The position numbers were made by a program, and so were the translations under genes. Below, in pieces: positions 19,507 to 28,349 of a DNA stretch of 64,000 nt. The notes under the pieces were generated by a model that was not told the DNA's origin, ran no database searches, and saw only the letters and a list, made by a program, of their open reading frames with translations. Source of the DNA: Planctomycetota bacterium (GTDB taxonomy: Bacteria; Planctomycetota; Phycisphaerae; UBA1845); assembly GCA_024280855.1 (NCBI GenBank), contig JAJRPG010000033.1:16556-80555 (forward strand), written 5' to 3'. Within the stretch, counting starts at the first letter, position 1. Each line of letters begins with the position of its first letter.

Positions 19507-19577
19507 CAGAACCGCGTCCGTAAGGAAGTGGCCTCTTTATAACGCTCGAAGGCCGCTTCCTCACGGGCGCGGTTCTG
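19507..19577 (+). other. Long imperfect hairpin (27-nt arms, 17-nt loop)
   Basis: cagaaccgcgtccgtaaggaagtggcc (19507-19533) pairs with ggccgcttcctcacgggcgcggttctg (19551-19577). Of the 3 non-Watson-Crick positions, 2 are G-U on the plus-strand RNA. Confidence 0.7.
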
Positions 19578-19944
19578 CTAGTTGATCTCTCTTATGATTA
19601 TCTGACCTCACATTTTATCGGCCTACCCGCACTCTCTTTTTTTCGGACTTAAAGAAATTCCTATAACAACTTTTTAGCGTTTGCCTTCCTGCCGAATGTA
19701 TTGGAAGGTCACAGGTGGACAGACGTGTAGACGCTCGTGGAAGGACTGCTCGGACGATAAATAGGTTCGGGCATCGCCGGAGTATCCGGTGGCGAGGCAT
19801 CTACGGAATAACGCATTTTTCTGCAAACCCTTCTATGCACTCCCTAAACCTGTGACTGACATAAAGGTTATATGACGAAGAGTCATTGCCAAAGTTGGCG
19901 TTGACGTTCGGCACGGGTTTCCTCTGTTTATGGAGTAGGTCAAA

Positions 19945-21408
19945 ATGAAATTTGGAAAGACGCTAGCCGTAGCTACGGCGTCACTAATGTTGGTCTCTGG
20001 CTGCAGCATGCATTCGCATTTTGCAGGTCATAACCATGGCAGAAACAATCAGGCAACAGTAACGGTACGAATCGTTGCACCACCAGCCCCCGCTCAGCTC
20101 ACCAACTTCAATGGTAGCCACGGCAACGCCAGCCTCGTCGCGGACCAGGCGTACAACCCATTTGCCACACCAGGCATGAGCCCATTCCATGCAGTCATAT
20201 GGGGCGGCGCGTACGATGGCCAGGAATTCACCCACACACCAGCACCACTCACGCCAGGCGATTATACCTTTGGCGTATTCGATCAAGAAAACGACGCAAC
20301 CTACCAGGGTTGGATGACGGTCAACAACAGTACCGACAGCGTACTCAACATTCTTCACGATTGGCGAAATACCATTCGCGACGAAAAAGAATGGCTGGGA
20401 TTCGGCAACAAAATGACTGGCAACTTCAGCAGCCATGACCACGCAGACTTCAAAGGTTTCCAGCAAGAATTGCAAAGCTTAAACAAACTGGAACGACGTA
20501 TCGAGCGAGCCATGCAGGAAGAAGTTCGGGCCAAGGCTCGTCGGCAACGATATCGCCAGGAATTTGCCAACGAAACAGAAGTTCTGTTGATCCCAGGTTC
20601 ATCCGGAATCTTCACAACTTCCACCCAGTCAGCATTTAGCAACGCAGAGATTTCCAACATTCGCACCGGCCAGGCGATGACCAAGGTCATCATGGTTGCG
20701 GATCATGCCAAAGCCGTAGAAAAGCTAAACCGCATCAACAACATGCGTCAAGACCTCAACGGCTGTCGCACGATCCTGACGGAGCAGATCAATCGTCTTC
20801 AACGACGCAAGGGCCTCTACACCCTGACCGATCATCTCTACAATCACGACCAACGATTCATCGAAAACGAAATGCGCATGCAGCGAGCGCAGACGATGGT
20901 TAGCCGAATCAATCAGCAAATGACTGACTACCGTCAGCAGTGTCATGCGTTGATGTTTGTTGCCGGCTTGTTCTCAACCGACGGCTCTTTCGATGCTTTC
21001 CGCGACGAAGAAAACGCTTTGCAGCGTGAGCGTGTTGTGTTGATGGAGCAGAAACGTCAGGTCGATATGCGATTCGAAAGGACCGCCCCACTTAGCGCAA
21101 ACCGAATCGTATACGAGCGTCAACGTCAAAACATCATAGCCGCACTTGAGGGCATTGATAACGATAACAGTTCAATCTCCAGTGCACGCGTAGCCTTGAA
21201 TCAACTACGCAGCACGACGGACATCATCCATCGTCAGGAGAACGCTCGTATCATGACAGCCACAATCTTCGACGGCGCGATGCCAACATCCTTGGCTGAT
21301 GCCATCGCTAATGAGTCGTTGATGACTGTTCGTCTGCAGGGTACTAACGCCATGCATACACCAAAGCGAACGAACCTGACATCGTTCCAAAACCTCAGCC
21401 ATAACTAG
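19945..21408 (+). CDS. Lipoprotein, function unknown (N-terminal beta-rich part and long Q/R-rich helical part)
   Basis: Signal peptide and lipobox MKFGKTLAVATASLMLVSGC. 487 aa. A strong terminator follows. Confidence 0.7.
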   Translation: MKFGKTLAVATASLMLVSGCSMHSHFAGHNHGRNNQATVTVRIVAPPAPAQLTNFNGSHGNASLVADQAYNPFATPGMSPFHAVIWGGAYDGQEFTHTPAPLTPGDYTFGVFDQENDATYQGWMTVNNSTDSVLNILHDWRNTIRDEKEWLGFGNKMTGNFSSHDHADFKGFQQELQSLNKLERRIERAMQEEVRAKARRQRYRQEFANETEVLLIPGSSGIFTTSTQSAFSNAEISNIRTGQAMTKVIMVADHAKAVEKLNRINNMRQDLNGCRTILTEQINRLQRRKGLYTLTDHLYNHDQRFIENEMRMQRAQTMVSRINQQMTDYRQQCHALMFVAGLFSTDGSFDAFRDEENALQRERVVLMEQKRQVDMRFERTAPLSANRIVYERQRQNIIAALEGIDNDNSSISSARVALNQLRSTTDIIHRQENARIMTATIFDGAMPTSLADAIANESLMTVRLQGTNAMHTPKRTNLTSFQNLSHN

Positions 21409-21457
21409 CTGATCGCGGCTATAGCGCATTTCGCGCGGCGCCGCTATAAACCAAACG

Positions 21458-21506
21458 CCCGGAACCCCTTGCCAACAGGCAACGGGGTTTCGGGTGGTTT
21501 TTTGTT
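21458..21506 (+). terminator. Rho-independent terminator
   Basis: cccggaaccccttgcc-aaca-ggcaacggggtttcggg followed by tggttttttgtt. Confidence 0.85.
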
Positions 21507-21656
21507 GCCAAGATGTGCAACACACATGACAAGCTGAGTCATATCAACGCAATAGTCACAAGCTATATAATAGTCGCGAGCTACACAGGCTTCTCGAAGC
21601 CATGACTTAATCGTCTTAGCCCGCGACACCAGATCACCTCGGGGGAGGAAACGAAC

Positions 21657-22484
21657 ATGCACCAACAGCCACTCACGCTACATCCACAGCCAAAAAGAAT
21701 GCTCACGATTATACCATTCATCTTGGCGGCAAGTTACGCATGCCATTATTGCCAGGCGTCACCGCCAAAAACAACGACAACCATTTCAAGCCTTGACCCT
21801 GAAATGCTTTTGCAAAAAGCACTCGAACAATGCCAACGAAATATCCACGACTACTCCTGCACTTTCACCCGCCAGGAACGCATCAAAGGCCAACTTTCCA
21901 AACAGCAGACCATCAAAGTCTTTTACCGCGATAACCCACGCACCATCCACATGACATGGGTCACCAATCCAGGCCGAGTTCGCCGCGCGTTATATCAGCA
22001 AGGAAAGCACTTCAACAAAATCGGAGAAGAGCTACTCCTCGTCGAACCCGCAGGCTTTATCGCACGAGTCATTGCACCAACCGTATACACACCCGTTCGC
22101 GGCGAAAAAGCTCGGTCCGCCGCTCGACATACCGTCGACCAGTTCGGTTTTCTATCCATCCTGACGCGCATCGGAATAGTAAACAAAACAGCCAAACAAA
22201 ATGGCGACCTCAACCTGACGCTAGTAGGCCAGGGACAATTCGCCTCTCGTCCAACCTACCGCATTGTCCGGCGACTACCCACCCACGGGAAAAATCATTA
22301 CACCGACCCCCACCTCGTCATCGAACTAGACCAACAATGGCTAATCCCCGTGTCCATACATTCTTACGCCGGAGCAGACGCCACCAAACTCATCGCAGCC
22401 TACACTTTCCGCGACATCAAAATGAGCAACGCGCTACCCAACGGAGCCTTCTCTTTCAAACGTAATGCCGTTGCCATGCGTTAA
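21657..22484 (+). CDS. Secreted protein, possibly DUF1571 (LolA-like) family
   Basis: GGAGGA lies 7 nt upstream of the ATG. The signal-like segment is MLTIIPFILAASYA. The Y.C.F.RQERIKGQL...IKVFYRDNP..IHMTW pattern resembles DUF1571 as I remember it. Confidence 0.45.
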   Translation: MHQQPLTLHPQPKRMLTIIPFILAASYACHYCQASPPKTTTTISSLDPEMLLQKALEQCQRNIHDYSCTFTRQERIKGQLSKQQTIKVFYRDNPRTIHMTWVTNPGRVRRALYQQGKHFNKIGEELLLVEPAGFIARVIAPTVYTPVRGEKARSAARHTVDQFGFLSILTRIGIVNKTAKQNGDLNLTLVGQGQFASRPTYRIVRRLPTHGKNHYTDPHLVIELDQQWLIPVSIHSYAGADATKLIAAYTFRDIKMSNALPNGAFSFKRNAVAMR

Positions 22485-22512
22485 ATTTAGTATGTTCGGG
22501 AATGCCGTTCAC

Positions 22513-22539
22513 CGTCATTCCCGCCTGCACGAGAATGAC
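22513..22539. repeat. Family C palindromic unit
   Basis: cgtcattcccgcctgcacgagaatgac. Confidence 0.7.
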
Positions 22540-22550
22540 AGAACAGTTCG

Positions 22551-22597
22551 GTAGGGCACGGTCGTTCTTTCGCTTACTGGCGAAAGGTTGACCTGCC
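22551..22597 (+). repeat. Family D nested-hairpin unit
   Basis: gtagggcacggtcgttctttcgcttactggcgaaaggttgacctgcc. An inverted copy lies at 45876-45921, and a core-deleted copy at 45705-45728. Confidence 0.8.
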
Positions 22598-22856
22598 TGA
22601 ACTATCGATGCGTATTCGGCCACCATCCACCTGAAGCAAACATAGAAACTTGCCCGCTAACGTAAACGGACCTGCGCAAATCCCTATAACCGCGAAGCCG
22701 AAGATATCGCGAGTCCGATACCACAGCTTCATGCCATCAAACCAAATCACGACCGCCTCCTAGCCGACAAGTCCTGTGAGAGTCTAGTGATGGACGCGTT
22801 GGCTATAGGGCCGTTTTGCGCCAATCGTTAGACCGGCATGAACAAGCAAGAAAACG

Positions 22857-25166
22857 ATGGCAACGTCTCAAACAACTTTCAACGCAACAGCATCCGCGCG
22901 CAAGCCTCAGCTGTTAAACCGCGCCAAAAACGAAGGTAAACGAGATGTATACTCCGGCAAGCGAACCTGGACGCGATACATCATCGGCGCACGCGTCAAA
23001 GTATCTTTAGACCCCACACGACCATCAGCCGCCTGGGATGTAAGCCTACACAACATATCCGGCGGCGGCGTTGGCTTTTGGTCTACCAAAGAAATCGAAG
23101 AAAGCCAAACCATATACATTCTCGACACCGATGGCCAAGCGCCCATTTGGCTCGCGGCCCGCGTCGCCCATTGCTCTATGGGAATGCGCGGACACCTCAT
23201 CGGCGCGATGTTCCTTGAACCCATCGGCATAGACGAAGACCTTAACGAAAACAACGACGAAGGACCAACCGACTCAGAGCCAACCTCGCCCCCTCAAGAA
23301 GCCTTAACAGAAAGACGCCCTCGAAGCTCCCTACAGGCCAAGTGTGCATGGGCCGCAGCTATCGCAAGCGTATGCAGTGTGTTCTGCGCTTTTTTGCTCT
23401 CGAAATACTTCGCCCACAACATGAACCTGTCCCATTGGGCCATAGTAGCTGCCGGATGTTCGCTTCTCACTGCTGTAGCATGCAGCTGGCTGGTCTTGAG
23501 AAAAGATGCGCAATTCATCGACGCGCTGCACAAAGACATCCAACAACTCGCCATTGGAAAGCTAACGTCTGTCCAATTACCGAACCCACCCTCACGCGAA
23601 CTATCCACCGTTCGCAGAGGCTTTCAGGATTTGTGGGCACAGTGGACCAAGCGCGATAATGACGAACGCCTGCGCCGACAAAAACTCGAAGATATTCACC
23701 AATTAAAAACAAACATCTTAGCCATCGTCTCTCATGACCTGCGCACGCCGCTGACAGCCATCATCATGTATGCGCATATGCTTAAGGACGACATCCAAAC
23801 ACTATCCACAGAAGAAACACACAACTTCGTGACCATCATCTTCGACGAATGTAACCGCCTGTCACGACTGCTCGACGACCTGTTGGAAGTACAAAAGCTG
23901 GAATCAAACCATGTCGCACTCAATTTTGAAAAACAATCACTTGTGCCCATACTCGACTCGTGCATGCACGTTTATAAACCATTAGCCAAAAGTAAATCGA
24001 TGAATCTAACATTTGAATGCAACGGCCTATTGCCGCAACTTTTCATCGACGCGGACAAAATCAGCCAAATACTGAGCAACTTAGTCTCTAACGCGCTAAA
24101 ATATACCCCGGAAAACGGCAGCATCGTGGTCTCAGCCATGTCCCAAGGCACTTCCGTTATCATATCTGTCGCGGATAACGGACAAGGTGTCCCCAGAGAA
24201 AGTTGGGATAAAATTTTCGACCGCTTCTCACAAATCAATGACCCCGACAACTGTGAGGTCGCAGGCGTAGGCCTGGGGCTCAACATTGTTCAAAAGCTTA
24301 TCGAGTTACACGACGGCGTTGTCTGGGTTGATAGCCAGGTAGGCTACGGCTCAACTTTTTATATCTCACTACCCGTCACCGACAGCCCGCCAGAACCACC
24401 AGATGCATCAAACACACAACCGCTTGGTCGAGTCATCGCCTGCGACCCGGACCCCGAACTCGCCGCCGCCATCGCCGCCGTACTTCGAAAATCCCATTAC
24501 GACGTGCGACTAGCCCATTCCGCTCAACGACTACTACAGCATATTGAACAGGGCGAGGTCGATGTGGTCCTCACCGACACGCTCTTACCCGACATGAACG
24601 CAACCGCCTTGCTCTCCAAACTAAGTCGAGCAGGCAACCGAGACTATCGAACCATCGTTCACAGTTACGAAGCAGATGCCCAACTGTGCCGAAAGCATGG
24701 CATGGATATTTTCCTGCGACGGCCCGTGTCACAAGATGAATTACTACGCGCCGTCATGGTCGCCATGCAGCAACAATCAGCCTCCGGACAAATGACCATC
24801 GTGGTAGACGACGCCTCCATCCACAGTGAACAAATCGGACACGTCCTAAGATGCGCAGGCCATCCCACCATTATCGCCGGCGACATTAACGAAGCATACG
24901 AGATGGCGGCAAACTACGCAGGGCAAATCATCATCGCGCCATGCAAAGCGCTAGGCCAAGGATGGGCTCTGGTTCAAAACATTCGCACCCAATGCCATGA
25001 TGGCATACGAATCATCGCCCTAAGCCCTGCCATTGGAAAAACTGAAAAACAACTGCAACTAAAACATAACATAGAGGTGCTAGGCTACACCCCAGGCCAG
25101 GAAGACGACCTGATGGACGCCATCATCGCATCAAATCCTCACGCCACTACGGAGTCCGTATCATGA
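22857..25166 (+). CDS. Hybrid sensor histidine kinase with N-terminal PilZ domain, TM region, HisKA/HATPase core, one receiver and one pseudo-receiver domain
   Basis: PilZ motifs are RTWTR (RxxxR) and NISGGG ((D/N)xSxxG). H-box is SHDLRTPLTAI. ATPase N and G boxes are NLVSNALKYTP and DNGQGV...GVGLGLNIV. REC1 carries VLTDTLLPDMN. REC2 has VVDD but no acceptor Asp (IIIAPCKA). Confidence 0.8.
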   Translation: MATSQTTFNATASARKPQLLNRAKNEGKRDVYSGKRTWTRYIIGARVKVSLDPTRPSAAWDVSLHNISGGGVGFWSTKEIEESQTIYILDTDGQAPIWLAARVAHCSMGMRGHLIGAMFLEPIGIDEDLNENNDEGPTDSEPTSPPQEALTERRPRSSLQAKCAWAAAIASVCSVFCAFLLSKYFAHNMNLSHWAIVAAGCSLLTAVACSWLVLRKDAQFIDALHKDIQQLAIGKLTSVQLPNPPSRELSTVRRGFQDLWAQWTKRDNDERLRRQKLEDIHQLKTNILAIVSHDLRTPLTAIIMYAHMLKDDIQTLSTEETHNFVTIIFDECNRLSRLLDDLLEVQKLESNHVALNFEKQSLVPILDSCMHVYKPLAKSKSMNLTFECNGLLPQLFIDADKISQILSNLVSNALKYTPENGSIVVSAMSQGTSVIISVADNGQGVPRESWDKIFDRFSQINDPDNCEVAGVGLGLNIVQKLIELHDGVVWVDSQVGYGSTFYISLPVTDSPPEPPDASNTQPLGRVIACDPDPELAAAIAAVLRKSHYDVRLAHSAQRLLQHIEQGEVDVVLTDTLLPDMNATALLSKLSRAGNRDYRTIVHSYEADAQLCRKHGMDIFLRRPVSQDELLRAVMVAMQQQSASGQMTIVVDDASIHSEQIGHVLRCAGHPTIIAGDINEAYEMAANYAGQIIIAPCKALGQGWALVQNIRTQCHDGIRIIALSPAIGKTEKQLQLKHNIEVLGYTPGQEDDLMDAIIASNPHATTESVS

Positions 25167-25549
25167 AAAGAATCCTTTGCTGTGACGACGAACCACACAT
25201 CGTAGAAGGTGTACGCTTCCTACTTCGCGCACCCGACCGCGAAATTGTCGTAGCCCATTCGGGTCAACAAGCCATCGACTCGATTATCGAAAAAACTCCA
25301 GACCTGTTCATCGTCGATATCATGATGCCCGGTATGAGCGGACTCGAAGTCATTTCCACACTTAGAGCCAACCCCAAATACGAGGCGCTACCCATCATCA
25401 TCCTCACCGCCAAAGGCCAGGCCCAGGACGCCGCGATGGCCCAGGAAGTCTGGGGCGCAGTCGTAGTCGCCAAGCCATTCCAACCCCAAAAATTACGCGA
25501 CCTTGTTACGTCCACCTTGGAGATAGCCATATGCCAACAAGCAAACTAG
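25163..25549 (+). CDS. Single-domain response regulator (CheY-like receiver)
   Basis: CCDDEP, FIVDIMMPGMSG, ILTAKG and KPF motifs. The start overlaps the kinase stop (ATGA). Confidence 0.9.
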   Translation: MKRILCCDDEPHIVEGVRFLLRAPDREIVVAHSGQQAIDSIIEKTPDLFIVDIMMPGMSGLEVISTLRANPKYEALPIIILTAKGQAQDAAMAQEVWGAVVVAKPFQPQKLRDLVTSTLEIAICQQAN

Positions 25550-26982
25550 ATATATCCTGCCCGCCGCTTGTTATGGAACATCTTCACGCTGGTAAAGTTC
25601 GTGATGCTGTCACCACGCTGGCACAATTAGCCGGAGCAGATTTGTCTATCCGCGGCGCAGACAGCAAAGACCTCAACACCAACAGCGGCGAAAAAAACAG
25701 CCAGCGATCCACCATCCAATACCGCGACAAACCGCATGGCTGGGTGCAATATCCAAAAGATGGATCATTAGACAACATGCCCAAGCTCGCAGGCGCAATG
25801 GCCTCCCTCACCGAACACCTCCTTGACAGGGAAATGGCTATCGGCAGCCTCGCCGAAGGACTCATGACTAGCTACGAAGAACTCGACCTTTTCTACACCC
25901 TGTTCCCCACGGTATCCAGCAAAACCGACGCACAAGAAATCGCAGAAGTACTCGTTGAAGAAACAGCTAAAACGCTTAACTGCAAGCGCGTTTCCATCAT
26001 GATTCTCGACGAGAAAAAAAAGTGCTATCGCGTACTCGCATCGCGAGGCCTGCCTGACGGTTTTCAAAACATTGACATCCCCATCGCCAACAGCATGGCT
26101 GAGCGCGCTATGTCCCAAGACAGTGTCATGGTCGTCAACAACGTCAATGAACACCCCGAATTAGCCGGAAAATCGCAAGGCCAATACGATACCGATGCCT
26201 TCGCACTCGTGCGCGTCCCACTCAAAGCGCAAGGTCAAGCCCTTGGATTACTCAGCGTCACAGAAAAAATCGGCAACCCCGAATTCACCGCCCGCGATAG
26301 AAAACTTCTCGAAGGACTCTCAGCTATGGGCGCTTCCGCGCTGCTGAACTGTCATCTACATAAGTCCGTCAACATGCAAATGATGAGTACCATCCACGCC
26401 CTCGCTTCCGCCGTTGACGCCAAAGATAAATACACCCACGACCACGCAGGACGCGTCGCCTCACTTTGCGTAGCCACCGCCCGCGAACTCGGCATTAAAG
26501 AACAACCCAAACTGCGAGAAATCGAACTCTCAGGCCTACTGCACGACATCGGAAAAATCGGTATCCCCGACGCCATCCTCTCCAAGCCCAAACAGCTAAC
26601 AGCAGATGAATACAAAACCATTCAAACCCACACGGTCATCGGTGCAAAAATTGTTCAGCATGTACCCGGTTTGGAGAACGTCGCCAAAGCCATTCGTCAT
26701 CACCATGAAAGATTCGACGGGCTGGGATATCCAGATAACCTCGTCGGAGACGTCATCCCCCTCGCCTCAGCTATCATCTCCGTTGCAGACACTTACGACG
26801 CCCTAACTTCAGACCGCCCCTACCGAAAAGCCGGAAACATTGACGACGCCGTCGCAGAATTGAACAGTTGTCGGGGAACCCAATTCGATCCCAAAGTAGT
26901 CGATGCCTTCATCGCAGCTATCTACAAGGAAGCCCACGAACCAAAATCCTGCCCGGTCAACTTGGTGGGCGCAAACATCTAG
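25531..26982 (+). CDS. GAF domain / HD-GYP domain protein (putative c-di-GMP phosphodiesterase)
   Basis: HDHAGRVA...LLHDIGKIGIPD...HHERFDGLGYP (HD-GYP signature). A GAF-like region precedes it. GGAGA lies 7 nt upstream, and the gene overlaps the receiver gene by 19 nt. Confidence 0.85.
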   Translation: MPTSKLDISCPPLVMEHLHAGKVRDAVTTLAQLAGADLSIRGADSKDLNTNSGEKNSQRSTIQYRDKPHGWVQYPKDGSLDNMPKLAGAMASLTEHLLDREMAIGSLAEGLMTSYEELDLFYTLFPTVSSKTDAQEIAEVLVEETAKTLNCKRVSIMILDEKKKCYRVLASRGLPDGFQNIDIPIANSMAERAMSQDSVMVVNNVNEHPELAGKSQGQYDTDAFALVRVPLKAQGQALGLLSVTEKIGNPEFTARDRKLLEGLSAMGASALLNCHLHKSVNMQMMSTIHALASAVDAKDKYTHDHAGRVASLCVATARELGIKEQPKLREIELSGLLHDIGKIGIPDAILSKPKQLTADEYKTIQTHTVIGAKIVQHVPGLENVAKAIRHHHERFDGLGYPDNLVGDVIPLASAIISVADTYDALTSDRPYRKAGNIDDAVAELNSCRGTQFDPKVVDAFIAAIYKEAHEPKSCPVNLVGANI

Positions 26983-26990
26983 CACACAAC

Positions 26991-27947
26991 TCACCGGCGC
27001 ATATCTAAAAGTATTTTCAACGACTCACGCCGCCCTGCCACAGCCATCGCTTCCACCGCCCGATCAAACGGAAACGTCTGCGTAATCATAGGCCGTACTT
27101 CCACCGCCTCGCGCACCAGCGCATTAATCGCCTCTGTAAATGACCCGCATCGGCTACCCACCACAGTTATTTCATTAACCACAACCGCAGCGAGGTTCAC
27201 CCCTTGCTCTCCGGCGAAAGTACTCTTCAATACAATCGAACCACGAGGCCTGACTAAACGCATAGCCAACTCAAACCCCTCAGGCGAACCGCTACAATCA
27301 ACCACCACATCATGGTCCGCCCGACAAATCAGCTCATCCACATGCACCGCTTGCACGCCGCGCTTCTCCGCCAACAATAGCTTCGCTTCGTTTCGACCAA
27401 CAACCGTCAGTTGACAACCCGTCTCCGCCAGCACCTGCGCCACTAACAACCCCAGTCGCCCCGAACCAACCACCGTCGCCTTCGTCTTCGCCACAAACGG
27501 ATATTGCGACAACGTCTGATAAGCCGCAGCGACAGGCTCCACAAAAACCGCCTGCTCATCGCTCAGCGTATCTGGCACTTCGTGCAAATTCGCTTCCGGC
27601 ACACTGACCAAATCCGCAAAACCACCATCGCGCCCATCAATTCCCACAACCGTCCGCTTACGACAATGATTCGCCAATCCCGACAAACACATATCGCAGC
27701 CACGACACACACAATTAATTTCGCAAACCACCCGCTTACCCAACCACGCCGCAGAACCCGACTCGACCACGCCCACAAACTCGTGACCCAATACCCCACG
27801 AAACTGCATGTACCCCTGAACAAGCTGCAAATCCGTGGAACAAATACCAGCCATCAGCACACGAACAAGGCACTCGCCCTCCCCCGGCTTGGGGTCCGGG
27901 TGATTCGCCTGATACTGCAACTTTTTCTCTAACACCAAAGCACGCAC
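26991..27947 (-). CDS. Zinc-dependent alcohol/threonine dehydrogenase family oxidoreductase (MDR)
   Basis: GICSTDL, GHEFVG and the structural Zn cluster CRGCDMCLSGLANHC. I start at the GTG at 27945-27947 (VRALVLEK), which has GAGGAG 7 nt upstream. The ORF track extends it to 28058. Confidence 0.85.
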   Translation of the reverse strand: MRALVLEKKLQYQANHPDPKPGEGECLVRVLMAGICSTDLQLVQGYMQFRGVLGHEFVGVVESGSAAWLGKRVVCEINCVCRGCDMCLSGLANHCRKRTVVGIDGRDGGFADLVSVPEANLHEVPDTLSDEQAVFVEPVAAAYQTLSQYPFVAKTKATVVGSGRLGLLVAQVLAETGCQLTVVGRNEAKLLLAEKRGVQAVHVDELICRADHDVVVDCSGSPEGFELAMRLVRPRGSIVLKSTFAGEQGVNLAAVVVNEITVVGSRCGSFTEAINALVREAVEVRPMITQTFPFDRAVEAMAVAGRRESLKILLDMRR

Positions 27948-28111
27948 AAGCGCATTCTCCTCTTTATGGTGCGATAACAAACGATACCTGATGCGCTCGT
28001 TACCGGAACAACAACCACCCGTGGCATTCCCATCATCTTCCTGTAGATCGACGCACACCCCACGCTAGCTGCAACCCCCACCATCACAAAGAGCGCAGCC
28101 CACCAATCCTG

Positions 28112-28150
28112 CCAAGGGTGGCATGGGTAAGCCACAGCTTACCCGTGTCT
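28112..28150. repeat. Family E structured unit
   Basis: ccaagggtggcatgggtaagccacagcttacccgtgtct, inverse of 6421-6458. Confidence 0.7.
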
Positions 28151-28349
28151 ACAACAAGCCTAAGAACACCAAACAAAATCTCTTGCCAAACCAACCGCCC
28201 CATGCCTCAAGCCCCAAAATTAGCCGACTATCTCGATTAAGCGTACAATAGCCCTCAGTGATAGAATCACCCCATAGGCCAAAGGATTAGGCCGCGTACC
28301 AACGGGTGACATGCGATGCCCAAAAGGCATCCAAAGAGTAGGCTTAGCC

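Noticed and set aside
19265-19944. A replication terminus/dif site at the point where the strand bias flips.
   Set aside because: I found no XerCD-type dif-like palindrome (…ATAA-N6-TTAT… core) by eye. The bias also flips back about 18 kb later, which does not fit a true terminus.
21956-22465. A 169-aa, extremely Arg/Pro/Thr/His-rich ORF in an alternative frame of the 21657-22484 gene, on the same strand.
   Set aside because: Its composition follows from reading C/A-rich DNA out of frame. The primary frame has a signal peptide, a good RBS and sensible sequence. Nothing supports a dual-coding region.
22598-22856. A possible c-di-GMP or other riboswitch in the 370-bp leader of the PilZ-kinase operon.
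   Set aside because: I could not find the conserved GEMM-type motifs or a convincing aptamer-like fold. The region is largely occupied by repeat families C and D.
27948-28058. The N-terminal extension (MCVDLQEDDGNATGGCC...) of the dehydrogenase ORF.
   Set aside because: MDR-family proteins start at the (M/V)RALVL strand. A GTG with a GAGGAG Shine-Dalgarno sits exactly there.
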